In this document: positions 1 through 11,137 of the stretch, in pieces
How positions within the stretch are numbered: position 1 is the first letter of the stretch
Layout: each line of letters starts with the position of its first letter
NCBI GenBank assembly: GCA_001642005.1
Contig: LWCA01000306.1
Location: 1-32,963 of the forward strand
Direction of reading: 5' to 3'
DNA: 32,963 bases
From: Intoshia linei
Taxonomy: Eukaryota > Animalia > Orthonectida
The notes under the pieces: generated by a model
The model's database searches: none
What the model saw: only the letters and a program-made list of their open reading frames with translations
Told to the model about the DNA's origin: nothing
Position numbers and translations under genes: made by a program

Positions 1-277
1 TATACCAGTGATGGCAACCAAATCAAATGTGGTGTGTTAATTTTGAGATTTTATTCGAAAATTATTTAATCCCCAAATCATGATAAAACCACCGGAAAAT
101 GCTCTTTTTCTGATTTTTATTGGATTCCACGACATAAGATTATCACGTCCATCGAAAAAAATCTGCATTCATCGGAAAAGACCATTTTTGATGTATCGAT
201 ACTGTCGTAAGATCCCTGATGTAATGATTATGAAAGTTCATTATTTTAGTCAAATTGTTCACATTCATTATAATGAA

Positions 278-948
278 CTAGCTTGAATGTTATGTACTAC
301 GTACAAACAGCTCTACCGAGGGCACATTTTTATAAAAAAAATAATAAATTAATGTTGAAAATATAACTTAAAAATGCGTAGATTTAAATTTAAATTGCGT
401 AGCAATGAAAAAAATTGGAAGGAATGAATTATATAGATTTTCACCCATATGTCTTCTCTATTGGAAATATGTAGACCTACAATGCACATTTTTTTTTGAA
501 ATTGTAGGATCAATATTAACATTTTCAATTTTGATTTTAATCGAAATATTTGAAAAATATTGGATGATAATATATTAAAAATTATTTTTCACCCGGAAAT
601 GCCCAGATTGCTGTGGTTGAAATTTTGTATTTATATCAACTGGAATAAGCTCTATCAAAATAATTTTTTTTTTAATTTTTGTCTCTAATCTAATAATCTC
701 ATATATCGCAATTTTAGCATATGGACAAATCCAAGGTAAATTGCTTCACAGATATGACAGAGATTTTATTAACGAATAAATAAAATTATTCCGGCACCCC
801 GAATTGTCTAAAGATGTTGGTCATATGAAATTGAATAAAAATGTTGGATATGCGTTTATTTATTTAGCTACATGGGGAGCTACTGTTATTATTTTATCTC
901 TGATATCTCAGAAATTATATAATTATACATTAATTATATAAGTTAGGA
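278..948 (-). mobile_element. Non-autonomous Helitron, copy 1 (671 bp)
   Basis: Minus strand begins A^TCCTAACTTATATAAT (948) and ends in a CTGTTTGTAC-GTA-GTAC hairpin, then CTAG^T (281-278); no TSD. About 400-670 is highly similar to ~15410-15665 and to the reverse complement of ~8255-8500. Confidence 0.75.
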
Positions 949-1126
949 TTCCATTAATATTTTTTCTTATTTTATTTTATTAATTAAAATTATTATAAAC
1001 GGTTTAACATGCAATGATTCATATATGTATCATTTAAAATTTTCAAAATAGTCAAATGATTGATATTTCATCTATCAAAAAAAAAAATAAAAATACTTAA
1101 ATCCAACAATTTTTAATAAATATCAA

Positions 1127-1252
1127 ATGTTACCAACATTTATTAAAAAAGTCCGGTTTTACCAACCCTTTAAAGAAAATCTAGTTTTACTAAACCTAAA
1201 AGGACAAATTCAGTTTTACCAAACATTTAAGGAAAAATCCATGTTTACCAAC
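1127..1252. repeat. Degenerate ~30-bp minisatellite, 4-5 units
   Basis: Recurring GTTTTACCAA(A/C) core about every 30 bp. Confidence 0.7.
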
Positions 1253-2084
1253 TATGACATGCGATTCTAAAACACGCTATCTCTTCATTTTGTGTATTGA
1301 ATTAGATTGCTTTATACAACCATGAAATTCCATTTACTTTACAAAATGTCAGTCGATATGGTTATCAAGCCTTACTTCCTTGTTAATGTATTCCATTAAT
1401 TAATGATTAAACCATCTAATAATATGCAAAAAAAGTTGGGAAACACAGCTTTAAACTAAAGCTTCTAGTATAAAATTTGATGATAAATAATTTTTTGAAA
1501 TGTTTTTTTATATAAATTTCAACTGATTTTAAACATAAAAAACAATCAAAATAAAAAGATTGTGAAACCATTAATTAATTAAAACTGTACGTTTATTAAT
1601 AGTTTGACTAAAGATTTTTTTTGTGCAGCTGCGTAATAAGTTTTTTTCACATTTGGTCCGCCAAACCAATTGAGTCTGACATCCTTGTTTAAAAACGTAA
1701 TTTTAAGTTATTTTTCACATCAAACTTTAATAATGTTATTTTTTGTATAACCCATTTGAATTTTCATTAAACAGTAAGCATGTAACATGCCTATTTAAGG
1801 TTAATAATTGAGTAAATTTATTTATAAAACACGAAATTATACCAAAGTTGAGTCTAAAAATATTCAAAGTAATGCGCGATAAAATGTAACGCGTTTTAAC
1901 AGAGAAGATCAAACGTCTCTAGATTAAAATGTATGATAAATTGACTACAAGGAAAAAATATCTCAGAATTTGTTTTTTAAAAAACTAGGATTTTTATTTT
2001 ATTTTTCTAGTATAATTAAAATGATAAAATTAAAACGAAAATAAATAAAATGCGTAAATGTTTATTAAAAAATTGACAATAAAA

Positions 2085-5000
2085 TTACAATGAAAATTTA
2101 TTTTCATAATTTTTTTTAAAAAATTTTTTATGAAATTTATCGTATAAAATTGGTCGTACGTCTTTTTTAGCATGGCATAAATGTTGTAAAAAAGGTATCA
2201 AATTATTTAAGGCAATATCACCGTCATCAGATATCCATGTGTTTATAGGAATGCCATTTTCAAACTAAGGTAAATGTAATAATTTATTAACATTTAAATT
2301 TAAACATGTTTCAGAGGTTGAAATCTGTAAGATGGGCACACCAGCATAAGGACCCTGACATAACAGAAAAGCTAGTATCATAATAATATTAATATATACA
2401 ACTAATAATCACTGATAAAATTACATTTAACGCCATAGTTTTTAAACAATTATCAATAATGATGGTTCTCGACAAATTAAATTTAAATTTTGACAAATCT
2501 TTGATTACATTTTTTTGAAAAACTCTGCAATGTTCTCTGTAAAATCGATTTTTAAAAAAAATATTTTTTGGATCAATAACATTCAAAACTTTATCAGCAT
2601 ATTCTTTACCTGAGGCCGTAAATAAATACATGTTATACAAATTTGATAAATTTTGAAGAAATTTTTCTAGAAATGGCCTTTTTTTAACATGAAATATTGT
2701 TTTATTTACAATAATGTTAAAATCGGCATCATTTATCCGTGTTTTAGTTGAATAGATTATTGTACCATCCAAATCCAAAATTAAATTATATTTTTTATTT
2801 TCCTTTTCATCAATAATATATTTTTTGTGTTTTCGTTTTATGGGTATATAACAGATAAATCCCATTCTAAATTTACACATTATGCATAATTGCAAACTTT
2901 TTACTCTCTCCTAAAATTGAAATAATATTCTCTCGATTTTCGAGGTGTCAGGCCAAATGGATTTTCTACAGATATGTAAGGTGTCATGTAACGATGGTAA
3001 AATTCCAAGGGATTGTTTAGCAAAACGTCAAAGTTTTCAATGTCTGTCGATTTCATGTTTGCGGAATATTAAATTTATTTTAAAATTTAATTTTACTAAA
3101 ACTAAATTAATTGTCCGTTACTATGGCTGATTGTTATTAAATAATATTAATTATTAGTTATGAATCACATGATGAACATAAATGATGTAGTAAATCCTGT
3201 CAATTTAAATTCTAAATTTTAGATTAGCCTTTGTCAGTATGTTGTGCTGACGGCCTACAAATGATATTTAATTTTGAACTTTTTTGACCGTGAAAGCGTC
3301 ACGTATTCAGATTAAAATTTTTTGTGTGTGTTAACAGGATACAACTCTACGACCTGTAAATTTTTTTTAAATTTTAGTGCTGTTTTCATTAAAAAAAAAG
3401 GGTAATTTGTGGTTTTGGCCCTGAAAATATATTTTTTTTTAAATTTAAATTTATGATAATGTTTATGATTTTAAAATCCGCATCAGCGTATATATTTTTT
3501 TAAATTTAATAAAAACAAACAATTTGACTAAAATGTGTTCCTAATATAAACTTCCAATACAATGTTTACTGTAATTAAATTAGTGGCGATTTTAAAAAAT
3601 AATGAAAACATAAAAAGATATTTTTAAAGAGAAAAAAACAATTAAAAAAAACATAAACAGTGATACAGAAATAAATATTATTTTTTTATTGATATATGTA
3701 TAAAATTTTTATTAATATTAAATATGGACTTCGGAAATATCTCATAATCAGTTCAATCAAAAAAAAATTGGTTAATTATTAAGTAAATTTTTAAATACAC
3801 ATTATACGCCGTATTTGAAAATTTTTCCGGGTGCGTTTAAAAAATATATTATTAAAAAGGGTCGGTAGACAAATGAGTTTGGGAACCCATGCTCTAGTAT
3901 AATTTATAAATATTTGACTATAAAATATGTATTTGATTAAAATTTAAGTACAAGTTGATACAAAACAAGGAATATAACGATTGTAATGTTTGAAGTTGTT
4001 CTTTACTGAAATTTAGCATTAATATTATTCTAAATAAGGCCATTGCATGTCTTTATAGTAAAAACTTTATCGTCCTGAATCAAACCGTCCAGTCCTAAAC
4101 AGTAAAATAATCAATCTTTTCGGGAAAAAGTTAATACATTTCACGAGTTTCTGAAATTTATGAACACTTCACCCAAAATAAACATCATAAAATTTGTTGT
4201 CTATCGAAATTTGACCCATTATAGAAAAGTATGGTAACCCAATATTTTAGATTAAGCTTGGGAATTTTTCAACCAATCCGATGTTTTTATGAATTTCATA
4301 TTTAAAGTCAAGAAAAAGGTTAAAAATATCAAATGAACCACAAGTATATAATACTTATACATACAAGCTATTAGCTTCCTAATGTTCAGTATTAATAGTA
4401 TTCATTATACACTATGTGTGTTATCTACTGCATATGAAGTAGAGTTCTGAAACACAATCCGAAAAACGATCAGATTCGATCCTAGTGAAGACTTGGGAAA
4501 GTCACCAACTCAATCACAAATCAATATAAAACGAAAAATTAACGGTGATGATGTTACAAATCGATAATGGTGAAAAGGTTAGATTACTTTGAAAATATCT
4601 GTCCATATATTCCAGATTATGCAATAAATTTCTATACTAAATTACAACAATTCATCGTGTAAAAAAATAATAAAAATGTAGTTACAATGTCCTTTTTTAT
4701 GTCAACATCCTTATCGAATATCATAGTATTTGCCCCTTCCAAAATTCCATATATATTTTTTCCATCGATTATATCATCTATATCTACACATTTAATGATA
4801 TCATCGTTTTCAGGGTAATCTAAATATTAATTCAATAGCTCCTAGCCTCCTATCACGGCCCTGTATATAATATAGTAATGTATCTATTTAAAGTTAGAAT
4901 ACGACATTGTCACGCCTAATAGGCTAAAAATCGATATTTACTCCAAAATTCAAATTCTATAGAAATAAAAATTATTGCAATATACAGTAGAGTTCTGCAT

Positions 5001-5412
5001 TGGATCGCGTTGAGGTCATACAAACGAAACGAAAAATTTTTTATCTGAAACACGATTAAAATTTAATCAAAAATTTATTTTAACAAACGTTAATTAAATG
5101 AAGTTAAAGATTAGTTAGTTAAAAACTTAGAATAATATAAATATAAATATTTTGTAAGCACGATCCGAACACGATCACAAAATATAAAAAAAGTTTCAAC
5201 ACAATTTGCAGTTCGTGTTCGGATCGGATCAGATCGTGTTTCGGATCCTGTTGCAAAACTCTACTATACGGTATTGCAGAACGTAGATCTGTCTTTTTCA
5301 ATCCATACATTAATGAAAATCTAATTTCAAGAATCCATAAATTGATGAATAAAAAAATTTTAAGATATAATGATATTTTAAACTTACGTTCATAAAAGTT
5401 GCAAACATTCAT
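2085..5412 (-). CDS. CTDSPL2: CTD small phosphatase-like protein (FCP1-homology/NIF, HAD superfamily; most like CTDSPL2), ~274 aa, 4 exons
   Basis: Core exons 2910-2425 and 2264-2085 (160-bp phase-0 intron) carry LILDLDGT, VKKRPFLEKFL, LFTASGKEYADKVLNVIDP, RFYREHC, IKDLSK, TIIIDN, then ENGIPINTW...LIPFLQHL...DVRPIL. The upstream exons 5412-5388 and 4819-4686 fit by phase but are less certain. Orthology versus paralogy is untested. Confidence 0.85.
3279..3510 (-). mobile_element. Internal fragment of the same Helitron family
   Basis: Close match to ~15745-15968 (gtgttaacaggatacaact...ttttggccctgaa...cgcatcagcgtatatatttt); no termini. Confidence 0.7.
4988..5263. mobile_element. hAT-type MITE (Ac-like target pattern)
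   Basis: TIR TAGAGTTCTGCA / TGCAAAACTCTA; flanks ATATACAG / CTATACGG (6/8); subterminal GATC/CGATC repeats. Confidence 0.6.
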
Positions 5413-5472
5413 ATTATGGTGATGCAAAACTAAATTAAATAATTAATATACATGTAATGTACTTATATTAAA

Positions 5473-6784
5473 TCAATAAATATTATTAATTTCAACATTT
5501 TTAAATTTTATCCCGTCACCCAGTTTCCATGGTTGTAGCTATTTTTATTTTATATATGATTTCAAATGTATTTTAATATAATAATAAATACTAAATATAT
5601 TATAACTAGGTTGACTGTTATGTACTACAAACAAACAGCACCTAGCTCTCCCGAGGGCACATTTTTATTCTATCAAAAAATAAATTCACGTTGAAAATCT
5701 AACCTAAAAATCTTACTATTCACTAATATCAATCCTTTAAAGGAATGGTTCCCAAACTTGTTTCCAGTGGAACCTTCATATCACTTTACTTTTTACTCCA
5801 ATATTATTATTTAATCTTAATTTTTTGTTTGTTAACATTTGCATTGTAAATTGTAAATCTTAATTTCTGCGGTGAAAAAAAAATTTAGTACTCTAGTTTT
5901 TGGAATTTCTGGGAGTGTCCGTTTTCTTAATGAATGGTTACACTCAGAGACATTCCTATATTTTCAACTTTTACTTATATCTACATAGTATAAGTAAAGA
6001 TTACTCTAGTTTCCACTTTGCTATTTATTAATAATAACGACGTTGAGAAAAAAAAGAGAAAAAAAAAATTAATAAAACCTAAAAAAAATTCAGAGATAGT
6101 TGTTTCATATACCTCTAACCACCATTTTGTCTGGGTCCAGAAGAGAAGTCTAGGGTACGGCAGGTTACAATTTTGTAACTGCAGTTCTGTAAGTAATTAT
6201 ATTATTATATAGTGAATACGTTTTTGTCACGTTTTCATTTTGGTTGGTATATATAAATATAGGAATAATAAACTTTAATTACAACCATTAAACTTAATAA
6301 TAGACATAGAAATCACTAGTAAAATAGAGTAACAATAAACGTAAATATTACTTTTCCCTCTTTTGAAACTAATAATTTTATTTGTCAGATTTTGATTGAG
6401 CATATTTTGTGCCTATTAACATTTTTAATAACATAATGATAATCAATTATTACACATTTTCGTATAGTAGCAGTAAGTTTATCACATTTACATTCAAAGA
6501 TTGGGCATGCTACAATTTCTCGGCAATCTAAATTACCAAAATTATCAAAATAATAAGAAAACGCAAAAATATTTTAAATGAGATTACAAACCATTCCATA
6601 CCTTAACAAAATAGCAAAATAACATCTTACTTTATATTGCCCTACGGAAAATCCATTAAATGTAATTACTTGGGCAAAATTTGTAAACGAGGTGAACAAT
6701 CGATTTAATTTCATGTTTTACGTGGAAATGATCATGAATGCATTGACATTTACCAATAATTTTGCAAATGTCTTTTAAAGACAT
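5473..6784 (-). CDS. Uncharacterised 129-aa Cys/His-rich protein, 5 exons
   Basis: Exons 6784-6670, 6527-6454, 6412-6352, 6186-6113 and 5538-5473 (390 nt, all GT-AG, phases 1,0,1,0). Splicing creates a CPNC motif across the first junction. Translation: MSLKDICKIIGKCQCIHDHFHVKHEIKSIVHLVYKFCPNCREIVACPIFECKCDK...PYPRLLFWTQTKWWLELQPWKLGDGIKFKNVEINNIY. Confidence 0.55.
5606..6000 (-). mobile_element. Non-autonomous Helitron, short copy (395 bp)
   Basis: 3' CTAG^T at 5609-5606 with the family hairpin; ~240 bp similar to 14318-14555; probable 5' end A^TCTTTACTTATA at 6000. Lies in intron 4 of the Cys-rich gene. Confidence 0.7.
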
Positions 6785-7231
6785 TAAATCTGATATCGAA
6801 AAGAAATTAGAAAATTATCGTTAAATAACGAGTTGTGTATAATTCTAAATAATTGAAATATGTTAATGATATCAAGAATACCTTATTTGGTATAATTAAT
6901 TGTTTATACAAGTATTTTTGATTTTTTTGCTGTCAGCTTAAATTAATTACATTGGATTTACTATTATGACATCTTTAAATATTTAATAATTACCTGATAT
7001 TTAATGTTTGAATTAAAATAAATAGAATATTAGATGGTATTAAAAATTAAACTGATGAATGGATCATATAAAATGTTTTTCCATGTAACAATGATCATAA
7101 AAATACAGGTTTAAGGCGAGTAACAAAATTTTTTGAATTAAACCAGAATGTAGTATGTAGTATCATATTCATGTTTTGAATATAAATATTTGTATCAAGT
7201 CAAAATCAAAATAATTACATTTTGATTATAA

Positions 7232-7554
7232 TAGGGCTTCCCAACCTTTTTTTATGCATCGCCCACTTTTTGTATTTTTATGGTGATATAATTTTTTATT
7301 GCCCACTAGTAGAAGAATCTATTTGAAAAATTAAAATTTTTAACAAATAAGGAAGTTTTTTGTAAATAAAATTTAATGTGAACCTTGACATTGCTTTTTA
7401 GTAATTAATAATTTAATATATGGTACAATTCTAGTTTAAAATAATTAAAAGTCAAAGTAACAAAACATTGCGAGAAGAAAAAAAACTATAAGCTTTACAA
7501 AAAGATGTACAGGAACTTTGACATTTAAAAATCGCCCAGAGGTGGGAAGCCCTG
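7232..7554. mobile_element. hAT-type MITE (Buster/Charlie-like)
   Basis: TIR TAGGGCTTCCCAACCT / AGGTGGGAAGCCCTG; 8-bp TSD GATTATAA / GATTATAG with central TA. Confidence 0.75.
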
Positions 7555-7869
7555 GATTATAGGATAGTCTGGTATTTTGTCGGTATAATTAGTAGATAGT
7601 TCTGCCAAGTGGCCACCATCATAAATTTTAAAAATAATTTTAATAACTAAAATGAACCAGAAAATATTAAAAAAATCAAATTGACTATATAAATTATCTG
7701 TCGTTTCAATTATCAGTTAATATTTATGTATCATTCAAATATTAACATGTAAAAAAATATATTTCAATTTAAATTAAATTTGAAAATCTAGTTACAAAAC
7801 TTTTGAGTTGATTCGATCAAATAAAAAATCATAGAAACATTACATAATATTTTAATTATAGATGATCTA

Positions 7870-8504
7870 TCCTTACTTATATAATATGCTACGCCATATT
7901 TGTTTGTGTGTGTTACCGTTTATTTCAATAACTACCAGTCTTAGAATTTTATAAAGTTCATATTTCAATTATAGTTTTTTCCGGAATGTTAGCAAAATAA
8001 ATTTCAACCTCCCAAACTCACATCTTACAGGTCAAAAACCTAATTATCATTTTTTTTGATTATCAAATGAGTTGGAAATTTTAAAAAAATCTACAAGTAG
8101 TACAGTTGTATCCTGTTAACACACACAAAAAATTTGAATCTGAATAATTGACACCTTCACGGTCAAAAAAGCTTTTTAGTTTTCATATATTTTTTTTTCC
8201 GAAATATTTTATTAAAACAAAAAATGTGAAATAATTAACAGTCCTTTAAAAAAAAAAGATTATTTTGATAGAGCTTATTCCAGTTGATATAAATACAAAA
8301 TTTCAACTCCAGAAATCTACGCATTCCCGGTGAAAAATAATTTTTAATATATTATCAACCAATATTTTTCAAATATTTCGATTAAAATAAAAATATTAAT
8401 CCTACAATTTCAAAAAAAATACTAATTGAGGTCTAAACATTTCCAATAAAGAAATATGGGTGAAAATCTATATAATTCATTCCTTCGGAATTTTTTTTAT
8501 TGCT
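7870..8504 (+). mobile_element. Helitron 5' half
   Basis: Starts A^TCCTTACTTATATAATATGC followed by a (GT)n-type microsatellite; reverse-complement similarity to 15420-16194; no nearby hairpin-CTAG end. Confidence 0.7.
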
Positions 8505-9096
8505 TTCATTATTTTATAGTGTCAGGCCAATTAATAAACATATAATAAAATTAATATTTTTATTTTCCAATGAATATTCATAAAATAATTTACTGTCGGT
8601 GATTCTTACTAATATTTTTTAAAGTAATACGATACTATCCTTTATTATCTTACCAACGATTGTTACTACCATCCGTGAAGAAATATCTTATTGAAACTAG
8701 GTGAAGTGATTTTAATATCCATAATGGCATTCTTCATTTAATTGGTATTATAATTGTTCAAAAAATATAAAAAACGTATTTAAATTATTTTAGTTTTTAC
8801 TTATAATTAAAATTAAATGTTTGTTTAAGGAATTTTACTTGCTCTAATTATAATATGATTTAATATTAAAAGTAATATAATTACGTATCATTAATTTTCT
8901 AACTATTATAATTCCATTGAACATCGAATAACTAATTGTAGTTAAAAGCGTCATTGCTAAAATGACCTTATCGTAAATTTGATTAATTTAACGAGTCAAA
9001 TCTCATAAATATTTCATTAGATTTAATGACATTGAAATTTTAACAACTTAAGCAAATACGGTTTTATTATTAATGTATATTCATCAACTAAAATAT

Positions 9097-11137
9097 TTAT
9101 GCAGTTGCTAAATATATTTGATTCTTGATTATGTGCTGTACATCTCTTTGATTTGGGTACATTTCTAAATTTAGAAATTAATTTTAAAATCAAAATACAA
9201 TGATTATTAGTACCCTGTTAAGGGAATATTTAAAATGACATGAACTTTTAATATATTAAAAATTTACCCAATTCACGAAAATACAAAAATTTTAAAATTA
9301 TTGGAGCACTTCTTCCACGTCTATTTTCTGAAAAAATACGTATTTCTATTGGTCGATTTTTAGGATATTTACAAATTGTGCATTTAGATAAATTTGATGA
9401 AATTGAAGCAACAATTTTCCACTTTTCATTAGCTTTTACTTCAACCACATATCTATCAATATTTTGTCTATAACGAAAAATTGGATGGTTCCAACATAAA
9501 ATCAATTGTTTCTTGATTCTACTCAAAGTAGCTTTTCCTCTTGGCGGAGCACAATAGCCTAAAATTTTTTTTTAATTTGAAACTTCAGTTTAATTTTTAA
9601 ACAATGTTAACACGGATAGCTACAATTAAAAATTAAATATTTAACGGTTTAGTAAGATGCAAAATTTAGCTTCAGTTTAAATTGGTAGAGGCTGATTAAC
9701 AATTTTTTTATTAAAACACACCATAAAAACCATAATTTTTGAAAATACTCTCAAAATTAATAAACCTAGTTTGATTTGGTTGCCATCAATATATCTTCAT
9801 TAATAATTACCTATATAAGAATTTATCAATATATTATTATAATGGCTATAGATTTTTTGAAATTGCTCTTTTTGTATGTTTGAAATGCGTTTGTCTTTGT
9901 AAATTATTATCATTTCTACCTTGTATTCTACATTTGCATCAATATTGTCGATTCTCAATTTATTCTTGTTATATATACTTTTTAAGCAAACGCATTTTTC
10001 ATCTAAAATACATTTAGTACAACATATTACAACACTGTCCAACAAAATGACATTCCTGAAAATTTTTATTATTAATGTTAGAATATCTGACGATAAACAC
10101 ATCATCGTAAAAATTGTTTTGATTCTAATTCAAATGAACCCATTATGAAAATTTAAAAAACCCTTATTTTTGTAAATTTAACTTTATTTTTTAAATATTA
10201 AATCAGATCAATTCCGTCACAATTAGCATGTTATTTACTTATTCTCGCACTAATAATCAAGATTTTAAAAATTTTTAATCGTAAAAATCGTATTTTAAGA
10301 GGAAATTTATGAAAAATGCGATTTTTGTCGTTTTCAGATCATTTCCGTCACAATTAGCATGTTATAATAAAAAATATATTAAATTTAGTTATTGTGATAA
10401 TGTATACCTTACATAACATTCAAATAAATTAGTTTATATATTTTTTGTTTATCAATAGATAATATTATGTAATATAATAAAAAAAATTAAATTTCGATTA
10501 CAAATACATTTTTTGAAAAATTAAAAAAATATATATTTTTTTTTACAAATCCTTGTTTGGATTGGATTTTTTTCTGCCTTCCTGAAAATAAGATTTAGAT
10601 ATGTTATATCAAGTTATTCTCCTTCTAATGAACTATACGACATTATTTATCCAAGTCAGATTGCGTAGATATAAAAATATGTAAAAAAGTTACATTTATT
10701 ATTTATAAAAATTAATAATATATAAATGATTATTTCATTTCTCAAAATAATGTGCAAAAACTTAAATTCATGCTTCGTTTGTCGTGAAAATTTAAAAATG
10801 TTTGTATAATTGATAAATAATGTTAAGCTGCATCATGTGTACCATTGACGTTATTCTATAATATCAAAAAAAAAATTTTAAAATTAAAGCTATATTTTAT
10901 TTTATTTATTACATTTTGTTTTGATGTTTGTAGTGGTTAAACGTAGAAATGTTTCCAAATTTTTCCAAAAAAATTCTCAAATCTGTGAATCAGTAAAGTT
11001 TAAAAAATTACCTTTATATAGTTTAAAATCATTCCTCACAAAAACAAAATATTTTTCGTTTTTCAATTTTTCAATGTCCCATGTTAAATAAACAGTTTTA
11101 TTGTAAATTGAAACAACATTGATTTTAAATTGAGAGT
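9097..11137 (-). CDS. Terminal exons 16-19 of the titin-like gene (two FN3 domains and stop)
   Basis: Exons 11137-11012 (INVVSIYNKTVYLTWD), 10002-9811 (LRIDNIDANVEYKVEM), 9558-9268 (the most canonical titin-type FN3) and 9164-9097 (stop); all introns phase 1. Confidence 0.75.

Noticed and set aside
70-286. ORF 80..286 and an alternative exon-like frame ending at GTAAGA (~207)
   Set aside because: No recognisable homology, and no convincing acceptor or multi-exon chain could be built.
1580-1960. Coding-looking fragments (e.g. minus-strand FLNKDVRLNWFGGPNVKKTYY)
   Set aside because: Interrupted by stops and frameshifts with no identifiable family; may be a decayed sequence but cannot be supported.
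5119-5387. Most of the 102-aa minus-strand ORF 5119..5427
   Set aside because: Runs through a strong GTAAGT donor at 5387 into a MITE; only 5412(5429)-5388 is likely exonic.
9921-10148. Plus-strand 75-aa ORF
   Set aside because: Overlaps FN3 exon 10002-9811 on the opposite strand; no motif.
10546-10581. Possible extra micro-exon (GRQKKIQSKQGF)
   Set aside because: Phase 1 in and 2 out would break the frame; exons 11012 and 10002 already join correctly.
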